From NCBI GenBank assembly GCA_041694815.1, contig JBGFSC010000006.1, positions 9,271 to 73,270 on the forward strand: a stretch of 64,000 bases of DNA, given 5' to 3'. How positions within the stretch are numbered: the stretch's first letter is position 1; the number at the start of each line of letters is the position of its first letter. A program made the position numbers and the translations under genes. Shown here in pieces: positions 18,137 through 29,028 of this stretch. The DNA is from Elusimicrobiota bacterium (GTDB lineage: Bacteria > Elusimicrobiota > Elusimicrobia > UBA1565 > JACRDR01). The notes under the pieces are model-generated. The model did no database searches. It had not been told where the DNA came from and worked only from the letters and a program-made list of their open reading frames with translations.

Positions 18137-21100
18137 CTGAGGCATTGCTAGACCAGCCGGCCCGCGACGCGGCGCGCTTCGAGCTGGGGCGCAACATCGT
18201 CGTCGAGGCGGGCGCCGGCACCGGCAAGACATCGCTTCTGACCGAGCGCATCCTGTTCCTTTTGGCGGCCGGAGGCCCGCAAGGCCGGGGGATCGACATT
18301 ACTCGCATCGTGGCGCTCACCTTCACCGAGAAGGCCGCCGCCGAGATACAGTGGAGGCTCTCCTCGAGGCTCGCGGACCTGACGGCGGCGATTGACGGCA
18401 CCTTGCGCGACCCGGGCCGGCTGCAGGAATGCCGGCGATGGATTTCGGAAGTCGGGCGGCGTTTCGGCCGTCAGGGAGAGGAGTTGCGGCGCGCTCTGGC
18501 GGAGGCCAGCGAGAAAATGGAGCGAGCCTCTATCGGCACCATCCATCGCTTCGCCGCGCAGCTGTTGCGCCTGCATCCCTTGGAGAGCGGCGTCGACCCC
18601 GCCTTCGAGGTGGACCCGGGGCCCGCCTTCGAGGAAAATTTCGAGTCGCATTGGCAGCGCTGGCTCGTGGAGGAGCTCGGCGAAGAAGCGCCGCGGCGCG
18701 AGTCCTGGCTCGAGCTGCTGGCCATCGTCGACTTGGAGGATCTAAGGCTCTTAGCGCGCGCGCTATGCTCCGAGGAGTGCGCGGGCGCGACGCCTGCATC
18801 GCCTCAGCTGGAGCGCCGCCTGCGCGCCTTGGCCGAGGCCTTCGAGACCTTCGCGCGCAAGCCCGCGCCCGCGCGCAGCAAGGTACAAGAGCGGTGCCTG
18901 CAGGCGAAGGAAAGGCTGCGCCGCCTCGCGGAGGCTTTTTCCGGCGGGGGGGCTTTGGCTCGGCGACTTCCGGCGCCGCTTAAGGTCGGGCAATGGCCGC
19001 AGGCCTGGGGGGAGGGCGAGGAGAGGGAGCTCTTCGAGGCGGGCGCGTGGCTGGCCGAGCGCGCCTCGGCCGAAAGCGAGAGTCTGTTGCGCCGTGCCGC
19101 CGGGCTGCTGGAGCCTTTTTGCAGGCGTTTTCGAGCGGAATACAGCAGGCGCGGCCATGTGGGCTTTTCGGGCCTGTTGCGGCACGCGCGGGACCTGGTG
19201 CGCGACGATCCCGACGTCCGCTCGAGGCTCAAGCGCCGCTTCGACGTTCTGCTCATCGACGAGTTCCAGGATACCGACCCCCTGCAGGGCGAGCTGCTGC
19301 TGTTTTTGGCCGAACGGCCCGGCGACGCCGCGGCGCAGTGGCGGAAAATACGCCTGGAGCCCGGGCGCCTGTTCATCGTCGGGGATCCTAAGCAGTCGAT
19401 CTATCGTTTCCGCGGAGCCGACATCCGCGCCTACGAGGAGTTCGCGCGCCTCCTGCTCGAGCAGGGCGCTCTTCGCTGCGACCTGCAGACGAGTTTTCGG
19501 AGCCATTCGGGGGTGATCGCTCCGATCAACGCGGTTTTCGCCTCCGCCATGCGGGCCAAGGCCGGACTGCAGCCTCCATACCTCCCGATCCATCCGCGTC
19601 CGGACGGCGGCGGCTCGGCCGGGGTGGAGCTTGTCGTCTTCGAGGAGGCCGACGAGCCGGGGCCGCGTGCCGAGGCCCTGCGCCGGGCGGAGGCCGCGTG
19701 GATCGCGCGCTGGATCTCCGAGCGGGACGCGCGTTGGAAGTTTCGGGACGTCGCGATACTCATGCGCTCGACGAACGCCTTAGACATCTACCTTTCGGCG
19801 CTCAGGGCCCAGGGAATCCCGTACGCGGTCGAGGCGGACCGCCGATTCTTCGGTACCCAGGAGATACTCGATTGCGTCAATCTGCTGAGGGTCCTGGAGG
19901 ACCCCGGCGACGCTATAGCGCTGGTGGGCCTGCTCCGTTCGCCGGCCGCGGCCTTAAGCGACCGGGATATCCTGGAGCTGAGGGAATCCGGTTCTCTTTC
20001 GATATTCGCGGATCCACCCGAGGGTCTGGACCGCGAAGCGCGCCGGCGCGCTTGCGCGCTCTTTGATGAGTTGCGCGGGCTGCGCGAGCGGGTGGGCCGC
20101 GAGCCTTTGGCGGATTTCGTGCGCCGCGCGATGCGGCGCACGCGTATGACGGAGCTTTGCGCCCAGGCGTATCACGGCGAGCAGACCGTCTCGAACCTGC
20201 TCAAGTTCCAACGCATCGCCGACGAGGCCGCAGACACGCGGGGCAGCACCTTGCGGGAGTTCCTGCTGCAGCTGGGCCGCTCTATCGAGGATTCGGCGGA
20301 GGAGGGGGAAAGCCCTCTGGCCGACGATCATCTCGACGCCGTGCGCATCCTGACCATCCATAAGGCCAAGGGTTTGGAGTTCCCAATCGTATTCTTGCCC
20401 AATCTGGGGGCGCCGATCCGCTCCGGCGAACCGCCGGTTTTCATGGCCGAGTGGCGCACGCAGGCGGCCGGATTCCGCCTTCCCAAGGCGAAGGCCGCGG
20501 ATGCGGCCATGGCGCTGCTCCAATGGGATGAGAACCGCCGGATCCGCGAGGAATCCGTGCGCCTGCTCTACGTCGCCATGACCCGCGCGCGCGAGCGGCT
20601 GTTCCTTTTAGGCGCGGAGGCCCCCGGCCATGCGGGTACTTTCTCTAATATATTGGCCGCGGCCGGAGCCTGGCCCCAGGGGCAAGCGGGTTCGTTGTCC
20701 ATAGGCTCCCATTCCGTGCCCGTGCGGCGAGTCTCCGGGGACCGCCTTGCCGCCCCGCGGAGAAGGCGCGGCGAGGCCTGGAGCGTCGATGCGCGGGCCT
20801 GGTCGAGGGTATGGGCCGCCCGCCGCGCCGAGCGGTCGCGATGGAGCGGGGGCCTTTTCGCCAGCCCTACCGACTATCAGGCGGAGATCCAGAAGCTCCC
20901 GGCGCTCGAAGAGGGCGCGGGGCCGCCGGCGGATTGGATCGGCCGGCTCTGCCACCGCGTGCTGGAGAAGTGGGATTTCGCGCGCCCGCCGGATTTGGGC
21001 GAGGCGCTGGCCTCGGCCTGCCGCAACCTCGCCTGGCTGGAATCGGGCGTCCCGTGGAAGGCCGTCGCCGAGGAGGGATGGAGGATACTCGAAGGGTTCT

Positions 21101-21405
21101 TGGAGTCGGAGGCGGCCCGGGAATTGGCCGATTCGGAGATACTGGGCCGCGAAATGCCCTTCTTATATCCTCGCGAAGGACGGGTGATGCGCGGCAGCCT
21201 GGACCTGCTCTACCGCCGGGGCGGAAAGCTTTGGGTAGCCGATTATAAGACGGGGAAACCGCTGCTGGACATCCGCGAAGCGCTCCGCCGCTACGGCCCC
21301 CAGGCCGGGGCCTATGTGGAGGCCGTCGAGCGCGGCCTGGGAGAAAGGCCGGGATTCAAATTATTGTGGCTGCGCGGCGGAAAATCCATCGAGCTGCCGA
21401 TTTGA
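18133..21405 (+). CDS. addA: AddA-like UvrD/REP-family helicase with C-terminal nuclease
   Basis: Walker [10 protein letters not shown]. UvrD motifs ([38 protein letters not shown]). C-terminal nuclease GSLDLLY...VADYKTGK. Confidence 0.8.
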   Translation: MTEALLDQPARDAARFELGRNIVVEAGAGTGKTSLLTERILFLLAAGGPQGRGIDITRIVALTFTEKAAAEIQWRLSSRLADLTAAIDGTLRDPGRLQECRRWISEVGRRFGRQGEELRRALAEASEKMERASIGTIHRFAAQLLRLHPLESGVDPAFEVDPGPAFEENFESHWQRWLVEELGEEAPRRESWLELLAIVDLEDLRLLARALCSEECAGATPASPQLERRLRALAEAFETFARKPAPARSKVQERCLQAKERLRRLAEAFSGGGALARRLPAPLKVGQWPQAWGEGEERELFEAGAWLAERASAESESLLRRAAGLLEPFCRRFRAEYSRRGHVGFSGLLRHARDLVRDDPDVRSRLKRRFDVLLIDEFQDTDPLQGELLLFLAERPGDAAAQWRKIRLEPGRLFIVGDPKQSIYRFRGADIRAYEEFARLLLEQGALRCDLQTSFRSHSGVIAPINAVFASAMRAKAGLQPPYLPIHPRPDGGGSAGVELVVFEEADEPGPRAEALRRAEAAWIARWISERDARWKFRDVAILMRSTNALDIYLSALRAQGIPYAVEADRRFFGTQEILDCVNLLRVLEDPGDAIALVGLLRSPAAALSDRDILELRESGSLSIFADPPEGLDREARRRACALFDELRGLRERVGREPLADFVRRAMRRTRMTELCAQAYHGEQTVSNLLKFQRIADEAADTRGSTLREFLLQLGRSIEDSAEEGESPLADDHLDAVRILTIHKAKGLEFPIVFLPNLGAPIRSGEPPVFMAEWRTQAAGFRLPKAKAADAAMALLQWDENRRIREESVRLLYVAMTRARERLFLLGAEAPGHAGTFSNILAAAGAWPQGQAGSLSIGSHSVPVRRVSGDRLAAPRRRRGEAWSVDARAWSRVWAARRAERSRWSGGLFASPTDYQAEIQKLPALEEGAGPPADWIGRLCHRVLEKWDFARPPDLGEALASACRNLAWLESGVPWKAVAEEGWRILEGFLESEAARELADSEILGREMPFLYPREGRVMRGSLDLLYRRGGKLWVADYKTGKPLLDIREALRRYGPQAGAYVEAVERGLGERPGFKLLWLRGGKSIELPI

Positions 21406-21416
21406 TAGAATGCGCC

Positions 21417-22391
21417 ATGGCCTTCCCGGCAACGAGGCTGAGGCGCTTGCGCTCGAGCCCGGCCCTAAGATCGCTGGTCCGCCAGACGCGGCTTGCCGGA
21501 GAGGACCTGGTCCTTCCCTTGTTCGTGCGCCCCGGTAAAGGCGAGCGGCGGCCGATCGCCTCCATGCCAGGGCATTTCCAGTATTCCGTCGACACGGCGG
21601 TCAAGGCCGCCAAGGAAGCGGCCGCGGCGGGCCTCCCCGCCATCCTCCTTTTCGGCATACCGGAGCGCAAGGACTCCAGGGCCAGCGGCGCCTACGCCGC
21701 AGGCGGGATCGCGCAGAGGGCGGCCTCGGCCATCAAGCAGGCCCTTCCCGAGCTGCTAGTCATCGCCGATCTCTGCTTTTGCGAATACACCGATCACGGG
21801 CATTGCGGCGTCTTGAAGGGCCGGCGCGTCGACAACGACGCCACGCTCCTTTTGGCCGGGAAAACGGCGGCGAGCCAGGCCAAGGCCGGGGCCGACATCA
21901 TCGCGCCCAGCGGCATGATGGACGGCCAGGTGGCGGCCATACGCTCGGCCTTGGATCGCGCCGGATACAAGAATACCCCGATCCTCGCCTATACGGCCAA
22001 GTTCGCCTCCGCTTTTTACGGGCCGTTCCGGGAGGCCGCCGAATCCCCGCCCTCCTTCGGCGACCGCTCCGGCTATCAAATGGACCCGGCCAACGCGCGC
22101 GAGGCAATCCGCGAGGCGGAGCTCGACGTGCAGGAGGGCGCCGACATGCTGATGGTCAAGCCGGCCATGGCCTACCTCGACGTGCTCGCCGAGTTGCGGC
22201 GCCGCTTCCCGCTGCCTCTGGCGGCCTACAGCGTATCCGGGGAATTCGCGATGATCAAGGCGGCGGCGGCCCAGGGATGGGTCGACGAGCGCAAGGTCGT
22301 GCTTGAATCGCTCGCGTCGATCAAGCGGGCCGGGGCGGATTTCATCATCAGCTACCACGCCTTGGAAGCGGCGCGCTGGCTGGCGGAATGA
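21417..22391 (+). CDS. hemB: porphobilinogen synthase (delta-aminolevulinate dehydratase)
   Basis: Active-site lysine regions ([32 protein letters not shown]) and the Zn-binding [14 protein letters not shown] motif. Start moved to the internal ATG just after the addA stop. Confidence 0.9.
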   Translation: MAFPATRLRRLRSSPALRSLVRQTRLAGEDLVLPLFVRPGKGERRPIASMPGHFQYSVDTAVKAAKEAAAAGLPAILLFGIPERKDSRASGAYAAGGIAQRAASAIKQALPELLVIADLCFCEYTDHGHCGVLKGRRVDNDATLLLAGKTAASQAKAGADIIAPSGMMDGQVAAIRSALDRAGYKNTPILAYTAKFASAFYGPFREAAESPPSFGDRSGYQMDPANAREAIREAELDVQEGADMLMVKPAMAYLDVLAELRRRFPLPLAAYSVSGEFAMIKAAAAQGWVDERKVVLESLASIKRAGADFIISYHALEAARWLAE

Positions 22392-22684
22392 GCGCCTCTC
22401 GGGCGGCCTTCGCCGCCGGGGCCCTGGCCTGCTGGGCGGCCTGTCTCGCGCTGGACTATTTTTCCCTGGGCCGGATAGCCCCTAAGGTGCTTTTCATTTG
22501 CCGCTTTTACGTGGCGGCCATTTTAATGCTCACTCCGATGGTGCTCTACTGGGATGAAACGCGATACGCCGTATTCTACGCGGACCGGCGCGTTATATGG
22601 AGCATACTGTCGAGCGCCGTCTGCGGCGCCGCGGGCCTGTTTCTATGGTACCGGGCCTTAGGCGGACCTGATGGAAAAATCTGA
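22388..22684 (+). CDS. small hypothetical membrane protein
   Basis: 98 aa with 3 predicted TM segments. ATGA overlap with the hemB stop. Sits between hemB and hemL. Confidence 0.35.
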   Translation: MSASRAAFAAGALACWAACLALDYFSLGRIAPKVLFICRFYVAAILMLTPMVLYWDETRYAVFYADRRVIWSILSSAVCGAAGLFLWYRALGGPDGKI

Positions 22685-23960
22685 TCGTTTATTCCGCCGG
22701 GCTTGCGGACTGCTGCCAGGCGGGGTCAATTCGCCGGTGAGGGCCTTCAAGGCGGTCGGCGGCACTCCGCGCTTTATCCGCTCAGGCAAGGGAGCTCGAA
22801 TTTTAGATGAGGATGGGCGTTCCTATATCGATTATTGCCTTTCCTGGGGACCTCTTATCCTAGGCCATGCCCACCCCGCCGTCGTCGCCGCAGCGTCTCG
22901 CGCACTGAAAAGGGGATCGAGCTTCGGCGCGCCGACCGAGGCCGAATCGCGGCTGGCCGAGTTGATCCGCTCCGCCTTGCCCTCGATGCGTATGCTGAGG
23001 CTGACGAGCTCAGGCACCGAGGCCGTCATGAGCGCCCTGCGCCTGGCCCGCGCCTTCACGAGGCGTGACTGGATCGTGAAGTTCTCGGGATGCTATCACG
23101 GTCATGTCGACAGCCTGCTGGTCTCCGCTGGCTCAGGCGCTATGACATTAGGCAGTCCGGATTCCGCGGGCGTACCCGAATCTTGGGCCCGGATGACGCT
23201 TTCTTTGTCTTACAACGATGTCGCTTCCGTCGAGAACGCGTTCGCCCAATATGGCGGGCGCATCGCCGCCGTCATCATCGAGCCGCTGGCCGCGAACATG
23301 GGAGTCGTGGCGCCGCGCGAAGGATTTCTCAAGGCCTTGCGCGAGATCACCCGGCGGCACGGGGCCTTGCTTATCTTCGACGAGGTGGTGACCGGCTTCC
23401 GTCTGGAGTTCGGCGGCGCCCAGACGCTCTGGAAGATAGAGCCCGATCTGACCTGCCTGGGAAAAATTATTGGAGGGGGATTTCCAATCGGCGCTTACGG
23501 GGGGCGGCGCGAAATCATGGAGATGGTAGCGCCTTTGGGGCCGGTGTATCAGGCGGGGACCCTCTCCGGCAACCCCGTCGCCGTCGCCGCCGGCATCGCC
23601 TGTCTCGAGACTCTCCGCCGCCAGAAGCCGTACGCGCGCATGGCGCGTCTGGCCTCGCGGCTCGCCGAGGGGTTGCGCCGGCAGGCGTCGGGACTGGGCG
23701 TGCCCTTGACCGTCCAGCAATTCGCCTCTATGCTGACCCCTTTCTTTCACGCAGGACCGATCAGCGATTACGCCAGCGCGAAGGCGGCCGACACCCGGGC
23801 TTACGCCCGATTCTTCCATGCCATGCTTCGCGAGGGAATATACCTGCCTCCGGCGCAATTCGAGGCCGCCTTCCTGTCAGCCGCGCATACCGAAAAGGAC
23901 GTCGATCTCAGCTTGAGGGCAGCGGGTAGGGCGCTGGATTCGCTAACGCGAAGGACTTAG
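22671..23960 (+). CDS. hemL: glutamate-1-semialdehyde 2,1-aminomutase
   Basis: 429 aa class-III aminotransferase. N-terminus LLPGGVNSPVRAF. PLP-Lys region FDEVVTGFR...GKIIGGG. Confidence 0.95.
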   Translation: MEKSDRLFRRACGLLPGGVNSPVRAFKAVGGTPRFIRSGKGARILDEDGRSYIDYCLSWGPLILGHAHPAVVAAASRALKRGSSFGAPTEAESRLAELIRSALPSMRMLRLTSSGTEAVMSALRLARAFTRRDWIVKFSGCYHGHVDSLLVSAGSGAMTLGSPDSAGVPESWARMTLSLSYNDVASVENAFAQYGGRIAAVIIEPLAANMGVVAPREGFLKALREITRRHGALLIFDEVVTGFRLEFGGAQTLWKIEPDLTCLGKIIGGGFPIGAYGGRREIMEMVAPLGPVYQAGTLSGNPVAVAAGIACLETLRRQKPYARMARLASRLAEGLRRQASGLGVPLTVQQFASMLTPFFHAGPISDYASAKAADTRAYARFFHAMLREGIYLPPAQFEAAFLSAAHTEKDVDLSLRAAGRALDSLTRRT

Positions 23961-24554
23961 CGAGACGAGCACTGGAAGGCCTTTGTAGAAAAAAACGAGG
24001 ACGCCTTCCGGCAAGCCCATGGCGGCTCTCTGATCGGCGGACGCTTCCTTGACGCCAGCTACCTTGCGGATGGCCATGAGTACGCGCGACTGAGTCGCGA
24101 TCCCGCTGTCGATGCCCACGAGTATCGCGGGGGGCGCGGGGATGACGCCGATGCTTACCCGCGGCCTATCTCCGTCATCGTAAACGGGGATCGGTATGCG
24201 ATTCAAGGCGTCCGCGAATTCCTTCGCGGTCCGGAGCAGGTCTTCTTCTTTTGGTGCGCCTCCGCCGAACATGGTCGATAGAATTTGCTCCATCAGCTTG
24301 TTCTGATCCGAGCCGCGGCCCTGCGGAGCCGCTTGGATTTTCGGGATTTCCAGAAGCGGCAGTTTCCCATCCGCATCAGCCAGATTTGCCGGTCCTTCCT
24401 TTGTATAGCCTTCCGGCAAGGTGAGTAAGGGCAGTTTTCCCTGCTCGTCGAATTGGGCATCGCCCTGTTGCCTGGCATCCTCCGGGCTTTCGGCGAAGCA
24501 GGGAACGCCCGCTAAGAATACGGCGCTTACGGCGAGAGTGAATATGGAGTTCAT
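23943..24554 (-). CDS. exported hypothetical protein, paralog A of a pair (203 aa)
   Basis: Signal peptide. Shares the N-terminal module QFDEQGKLPLLTLPEGY ... DGKLPLLEIP with the 26397..27008 protein. Divergent from the lon-like gene. Confidence 0.45.
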   Translation of the reverse strand: MNSIFTLAVSAVFLAGVPCFAESPEDARQQGDAQFDEQGKLPLLTLPEGYTKEGPANLADADGKLPLLEIPKIQAAPQGRGSDQNKLMEQILSTMFGGGAPKEEDLLRTAKEFADALNRIPIPVYDDGDRPRVSIGVIPAPPAILVGIDSGIATQSRVLMAIRKVAGVKEASADQRAAMGLPEGVLVFFYKGLPVLVSLSPSR

Positions 24555-24684
24555 GCCTCCAGTATGGGCCTTATTCCTCCGCGGCGCATGAGTCCCAAGA
24601 CCTAAATCGTCTGGGTCCTTGGGCCCCGAGAATTTAGGACCAAAAGGCCCTCGCGATTTGCTGCCGCTCCGCTAAACTAGTCAT

Positions 24685-26394
24685 ATGAAAAAACTACCCG
24701 TCGTACTCGCCCTCTTCACCGTATTATCCGTCGCGCCCAGCCCACGCTCCTATGCCCAGTTCGGCAATCCGTTCGCCGCGCAGGAGGAGCAACATAAGAA
24801 GGTCGTAGGAAGGCTCGGCGAAGCGCTCAATGCCAAGCAGTCCGAGATGCCTAAGGATGTTTGGAAGAGAGTCCATGAGGAATATAACCGCCTCCTTAAT
24901 ATGCAGCCCCACAATCCCGAGGCCCAGAAATCGATAGATTACCTGCAATGGTTCATCGATCTTCCTTGGGGAAAAGAGACCCAGGATCGATTCGACCTGG
25001 CGGAGGCTCAAAAGATATTAGACCGCGATCATTACGGGCTCGACCAGGTCAAGGAGCGTGTCATCGAGTACCTGGCGGTCCGCAAGAGAACCGCCTCGCA
25101 GAAGGGAGGCATTCTCTGCTTCGTGGGGCCCAAGGGAACCGGGAAAACCTCCATCGCCAAGGCCATCGCCGAGTCCATGGGCCGCAGCTTCGTCCGCTTG
25201 TCTCTGGGCGGAGTCAATAACGAGGCGGAATTGCGCGGGTTTCAGAGGACCTATATGGGATCACGGCCGGGCAGCATCATCACCCAGATGAAGAACGCCA
25301 AGACGATAAACCCCGTGATGCTCATGGACGAGGTGGACAAGCTGGCCGATGGCAGTCACTACGGCGATCCTCGGGCGGCGCTCTTGGAGATCCTCGACCC
25401 GGAGCAAAATAATACCTTCCGGGACCATTATATGGATGTCCCCTATGATTTGTCGAAGGTGCTCTTCATCCTCACGGCCAACGATATGAGGAGGATCCCA
25501 CCGCCCCTGCTCGACCGCGTGGAGATCATCGAGTTCTCGGCCTACACGGTGCGCGAGAAGGTGGGCATAGCCCAGCACCATATCGTGGGCCGTAAGCAGC
25601 GCGAATGCGGCATCAAGCCGGGCTCCTGCGAGCTCACCGTCGCGGCCATCGAGCAGATCATCGACGGCTACACGATGGAGGCCGGGGTGCGCAACCTGCA
25701 GGAGAACATCGGCGGCGTCTACCGCAAGGCCGCCGCCTGGGAGGAGACCAAGGGCCTGCCCATCCCCAAGAAGATCGATCATGGGCAGGTGAAGGATTAC
25801 CTGGGAGCCCCGCGCTACGGCCACCGCATCATGGAGGAAAACGGCGTCGGGGTCGGCACGGGCTTGGCGGTCAGCGACAACGGCGGGAGCACGCTCAACG
25901 TCGAGGTGCTCAAGGTGCCCGGAGACGGCAAGGTCCGCACCCGTGAGTTGATGGAGAAGATGTTCCAGGATTCCGCCGACAATGCCGTGGCCTACGTCAA
26001 GTCCAAGGCCGTGGAACTGGGCATCGATCCGGAGGATTTCAAGAAATACGATCTGGAGATCGCGATAGCTCCCGCGATTCCGGTCGACGGGCCTTCGGCG
26101 GGTACCGCCATGACCACGGCGATCGCGAGCAGCTTGAGCGGCCGCAGGATCCGTAAGGGAGTAGCCATGACCGGCGAGGTCACGTTGACCGGCAAGGTGC
26201 TCCCGATCGGTGGGCTCAAGCAGAAGGTGATGGCGGCCGAGCGCATGGGCTACGACACGGTGCTTTTCCCCGCCGCCAACGAGCATGAGCTCGAGGAGAT
26301 TTCCCCCGAAGTGCGCAAGAAGATGACATTGGTGCCCGTCAAGACGATGGACGAGGTCTTGAATCTGGCCTTGGAGCCCCGGCCCCAGGCCTGA
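24685..26394 (+). CDS. Lon-family ATP-dependent protease lacking the N-terminal LON domain, with an N-terminal signal/anchor segment
   Basis: Starts MKKLPVVLALFTVLSVAPSPRSYAQ. It then aligns to Lon from the pre-AAA helical region (IDYLQWFIDLPWGK...ILDRDHYGLDQVKERVIEYLAV). Walker A GPKGTGKTS, Walker B LMDEVDKL. S16 catalytic dyad PSAG...K (DGPSAGTAMTTAIAS; GGLKQKV). Confidence 0.8.
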   Translation: MKKLPVVLALFTVLSVAPSPRSYAQFGNPFAAQEEQHKKVVGRLGEALNAKQSEMPKDVWKRVHEEYNRLLNMQPHNPEAQKSIDYLQWFIDLPWGKETQDRFDLAEAQKILDRDHYGLDQVKERVIEYLAVRKRTASQKGGILCFVGPKGTGKTSIAKAIAESMGRSFVRLSLGGVNNEAELRGFQRTYMGSRPGSIITQMKNAKTINPVMLMDEVDKLADGSHYGDPRAALLEILDPEQNNTFRDHYMDVPYDLSKVLFILTANDMRRIPPPLLDRVEIIEFSAYTVREKVGIAQHHIVGRKQRECGIKPGSCELTVAAIEQIIDGYTMEAGVRNLQENIGGVYRKAAAWEETKGLPIPKKIDHGQVKDYLGAPRYGHRIMEENGVGVGTGLAVSDNGGSTLNVEVLKVPGDGKVRTRELMEKMFQDSADNAVAYVKSKAVELGIDPEDFKKYDLEIAIAPAIPVDGPSAGTAMTTAIASSLSGRRIRKGVAMTGEVTLTGKVLPIGGLKQKVMAAERMGYDTVLFPAANEHELEEISPEVRKKMTLVPVKTMDEVLNLALEPRPQA

Positions 26395-26396
26395 TC

Positions 26397-27008
26397 ATGA
26401 GCAAGGCCACGGCAAGCTACTGGCTCGCCTTAGCCATTATCGCGCTCTCTGCGGTTGGCCGCGCGGCGGAGACCGCCAAAAGCGACGAGGAGGCCAAGCA
26501 GCAGGCTGACCTCCAATTCGATGAGTCGGGCAAACTGCCCCTACTTACCTTACCGAAAGGGTATAAAGCGGAAAGACCGGCGATGGGCAGTCTCGGAACA
26601 GCTCCTCTTAATATCACCGATGCGCAGGACAAGCTTCCGCTCTTGCCGATCCCTTCACCGGCTCCAGCCCGACGCGCCGGGCCGAACGTGCTTGAAGGGC
26701 TTATCGGCAGCTTGATCGGCTCCGCCATCGGCAGCCATGTATTTGTCAATGTCTTTACCCCGATGTTCTCGGCGCAGCCGCTGCTGATCCCCATCGTCGC
26801 GGCTATTTTCGGCATGTCCATGGGGACTCGCATGGCCATGCCGATGGCGATGTTGATAAGGCGTCGCTGGCCCATGATCGTTATGCCCCTGTTGCTCGGA
26901 GCCGTTTGCTTCCTGATCCCTCCCATGGGTGGAGCGATATGGGGAATGATGATTCTGGGACCGCTATTCGCCCGCCTTTTGGCTAAACTCGGGTCTTTAA
27001 AGAAGTAA
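26397..27008 (+). CDS. exported/membrane hypothetical protein, paralog B (203 aa) with a Gly/Met-rich hydrophobic C-terminus
   Basis: Signal peptide plus QFDESGKLPLLTLPKGY ... DKLPLLPIP module homologous to paralog A. C-terminal half is hydrophobic (LIGSLIGSAIGS..., several TM-like segments). Starts 3 nt after the lon-like stop. Confidence 0.45.
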   Translation: MSKATASYWLALAIIALSAVGRAAETAKSDEEAKQQADLQFDESGKLPLLTLPKGYKAERPAMGSLGTAPLNITDAQDKLPLLPIPSPAPARRAGPNVLEGLIGSLIGSAIGSHVFVNVFTPMFSAQPLLIPIVAAIFGMSMGTRMAMPMAMLIRRRWPMIVMPLLLGAVCFLIPPMGGAIWGMMILGPLFARLLAKLGSLKK

Positions 27009-27022
27009 AAAACGGCGGGGCT

Positions 27023-28663
27023 CTACATCCGTTCCGGCGCCGAAACGCCCAATAGCCCCAATCCCTCGGCGATCACGGCGCGCACCCCTCCGCAGAGAGC
27101 CAGGCGCGCGCGTGACAACTCCGCTTGAACCGCGTCGACGACGCGGCATTTCTCGTAGAAGGGGTGGAACAAGCCGGCGAGCTCCAGCAGGTAGTTGGCC
27201 AAGAAATGCGGGGAGAGTTCCGCCTCGCAGCTGCGCAGGGCCGCCGGAAACCAGGCCGTCTTGGCCAATAGGGCGCGCTCCTCCGGGGAGCGGAGCATCG
27301 CCGCGTCGAATTCCGCCCTCTTCTCTCCCAGGACCTTTTCCGCCTCCCGAAAAATCGAGCAGATCCTGGCGTGCACGTACTGGACATAATAGACCGGATT
27401 CTCCTGGGACTGCTTCTTGGCCAATTCCAGATCGAAATTCATGTGGGAGTTGGCCGTGCGCAGGGCGAAGAAGAATCGGCAGGCGTCCCGGCCGACTTCC
27501 TCGACCACCTCGCGCAAAGTGACGAACTCGCCGGCGCGCTTGGACATCTTGACCGCCGTCGTTCCGCGGTAGAGGTGCACCAGCTGGTGGATGATGGCGT
27601 GGAAGTATTCCGGGGGACGGCACAGCGCCGCGATCGCCGCGCGCATGCGCGGCACGTAGCCGTGATGGTCGGCCCCCCAGATGTCGACGAGCTCCGTCCA
27701 ACCGCGGTCGAACTTGTTCTTGTGGTAGGCGATGTCCGGAAGGAAGTAAGTGGGATTGCCGTCCGATTTGACGAGGACGCGGTCCTTGTCGTCGGCCCCC
27801 GCCTCCAGCTGGCTGGTGCCGAGCCACACGGCCCCCTCTTTTTCGTATACCATCCCGCGCTTCCTTAAGTAGTCGAGGGTCGACTCGACGGCCTTGGAGG
27901 CGTAGAGCTCGCTCTCGCGGAACCAGCGGTCGAAGGCGACCCCGAAGGCGTCCATATCCGCCTTGTGGGAGGCGAGCATCAGCTCCATGGCGTAGCGCCC
28001 CCATGCGTGCTCATCCCAGCCAGCGGCCTCGGGAGGGGCTGCGGCCGCGACCTCCTTTAGGTATTCGCCTTGGTAGCCGTCCGTCGGGACTTCCGCGGGC
28101 TTTCCTTGAAGCTGCAGGTAGCGCGCTTGGGCGGAGCGGCCGAGAAGCTCCGCGCGGGCACCCCCGTCATTGATGTAACATTCGCAGCCGACCTTATGGC
28201 CGATGCGGCGGAGTATCTTGGCCAAGCTGTCGCCCAGCGTGGCTCCCCGCCCGGAGGCCAGGTGCAGCGGGCCGGTGGGATTGGCCGAGACGAACTCGAT
28301 CAAGAGGGAACGGGCCGCGACATCCGGGTCGCGCCCGTACTCGCCGGGCTTGGCGAGCAGCGCGCGTAGATTTTCCGCCAGCGCCTCCGGCCGCAGCTTG
28401 AAATTGACGAAGCCAGGCGCGACGGCCTGCGGCGTCTCGACGCCGCCCAAATCCCGCAGTGCCTCGGCCAATTGGGCCGCTACCTCCAGCGGCTTGCGGC
28501 CCATGGCCTTGGCCAGTGAGAGGGGCCAAGGCAGGGAAAAATCCGCGGGGACGTGGGCCGGCGCCGGAGCGAATGTGAAATGCCGGGGGGCCTCGACGCC
28601 TTGGCCCTGCGCCCAAGCCTTAAGCCGCGAGGCCGCTTCCCGTTGAACCCTTTCGATGATCAC
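27023..28663 (-). CDS. argS: arginine--tRNA ligase
   Basis: 546 aa. HIGH-type motif PTGPLHLASGRGA, KMSK motif VKMSKRAGEFV, and a C-terminal DALR anticodon-binding domain. Confidence 0.95.
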   Translation of the reverse strand: MIIERVQREAASRLKAWAQGQGVEAPRHFTFAPAPAHVPADFSLPWPLSLAKAMGRKPLEVAAQLAEALRDLGGVETPQAVAPGFVNFKLRPEALAENLRALLAKPGEYGRDPDVAARSLLIEFVSANPTGPLHLASGRGATLGDSLAKILRRIGHKVGCECYINDGGARAELLGRSAQARYLQLQGKPAEVPTDGYQGEYLKEVAAAAPPEAAGWDEHAWGRYAMELMLASHKADMDAFGVAFDRWFRESELYASKAVESTLDYLRKRGMVYEKEGAVWLGTSQLEAGADDKDRVLVKSDGNPTYFLPDIAYHKNKFDRGWTELVDIWGADHHGYVPRMRAAIAALCRPPEYFHAIIHQLVHLYRGTTAVKMSKRAGEFVTLREVVEEVGRDACRFFFALRTANSHMNFDLELAKKQSQENPVYYVQYVHARICSIFREAEKVLGEKRAEFDAAMLRSPEERALLAKTAWFPAALRSCEAELSPHFLANYLLELAGLFHPFYEKCRVVDAVQAELSRARLALCGGVRAVIAEGLGLLGVSAPERM

Positions 28664-29028
28664 GCCTTTTTCCGCGCGCGGGGCTGCCAGCGCTGCTTGG
28701 GCGCGTCCCGGTAGAGCTTGTCGAGCGCGTAGAAGGCGCGCGCCTCGGGGTGCGTCAGGTGCACGATCAGGCCGCCGAAGTCGAGCACGCGCCAGAGCCC
28801 GCTGTGGGCGCCGTCTCGGTGTAGCAGCTCCACGCCGGAGCCCTCGAGGAGCTCGCTGACGGCGGCCTCGACGGCCTCCAGATGGGCGGGGGACTGCACG
28901 TCAACGAGCAGGGCGTAATCGGCCAGGGAGCTTAAGCGGTGTATGTCGAGGAGCACGATGTTTTCCGCCTTCTTGTCGTAAGCGGCGCGGGCCGCGTGGG
29001 TCGCGAGGCTACGGAAGGCCGAGGGCAC
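28660..29028 (-). CDS. rsfS: ribosome silencing factor RsfS (Iojap)
   Basis: Only the C-terminal 122 aa of the 332-aa track ORF are RsfS-like (DKKAENIVLLD...YALLVDVQS...HLT.PEARAFYALDKLYRD). A GTG start at 29026-29028 overlaps the pilT TAG stop. ATGA overlap with argS. Confidence 0.6.
   Translation of the reverse strand: MPSAFRSLATHAARAAYDKKAENIVLLDIHRLSSLADYALLVDVQSPAHLEAVEAAVSELLEGSGVELLHRDGAHSGLWRVLDFGGLIVHLTHPEARAFYALDKLYRDAPKQRWQPRARKKA

Noticed and set aside
18763-20523. Several 120-280-aa minus-strand ORFs within the addA-like gene
   Set aside because: Arg-rich antisense artefacts.
24601-24638. Terminator call for the hairpin upstream of the lon-like gene
   Set aside because: The stem is only 7 bp with a 24-nt loop and no U-tract. 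It is reported instead as part of the recurrent GGCCC-dyad motif observation.
25261-26286. 341-aa ORF antisense to the lon-like gene
   Set aside because: Spurious. His/Gly/Arg-rich with no family resemblance.
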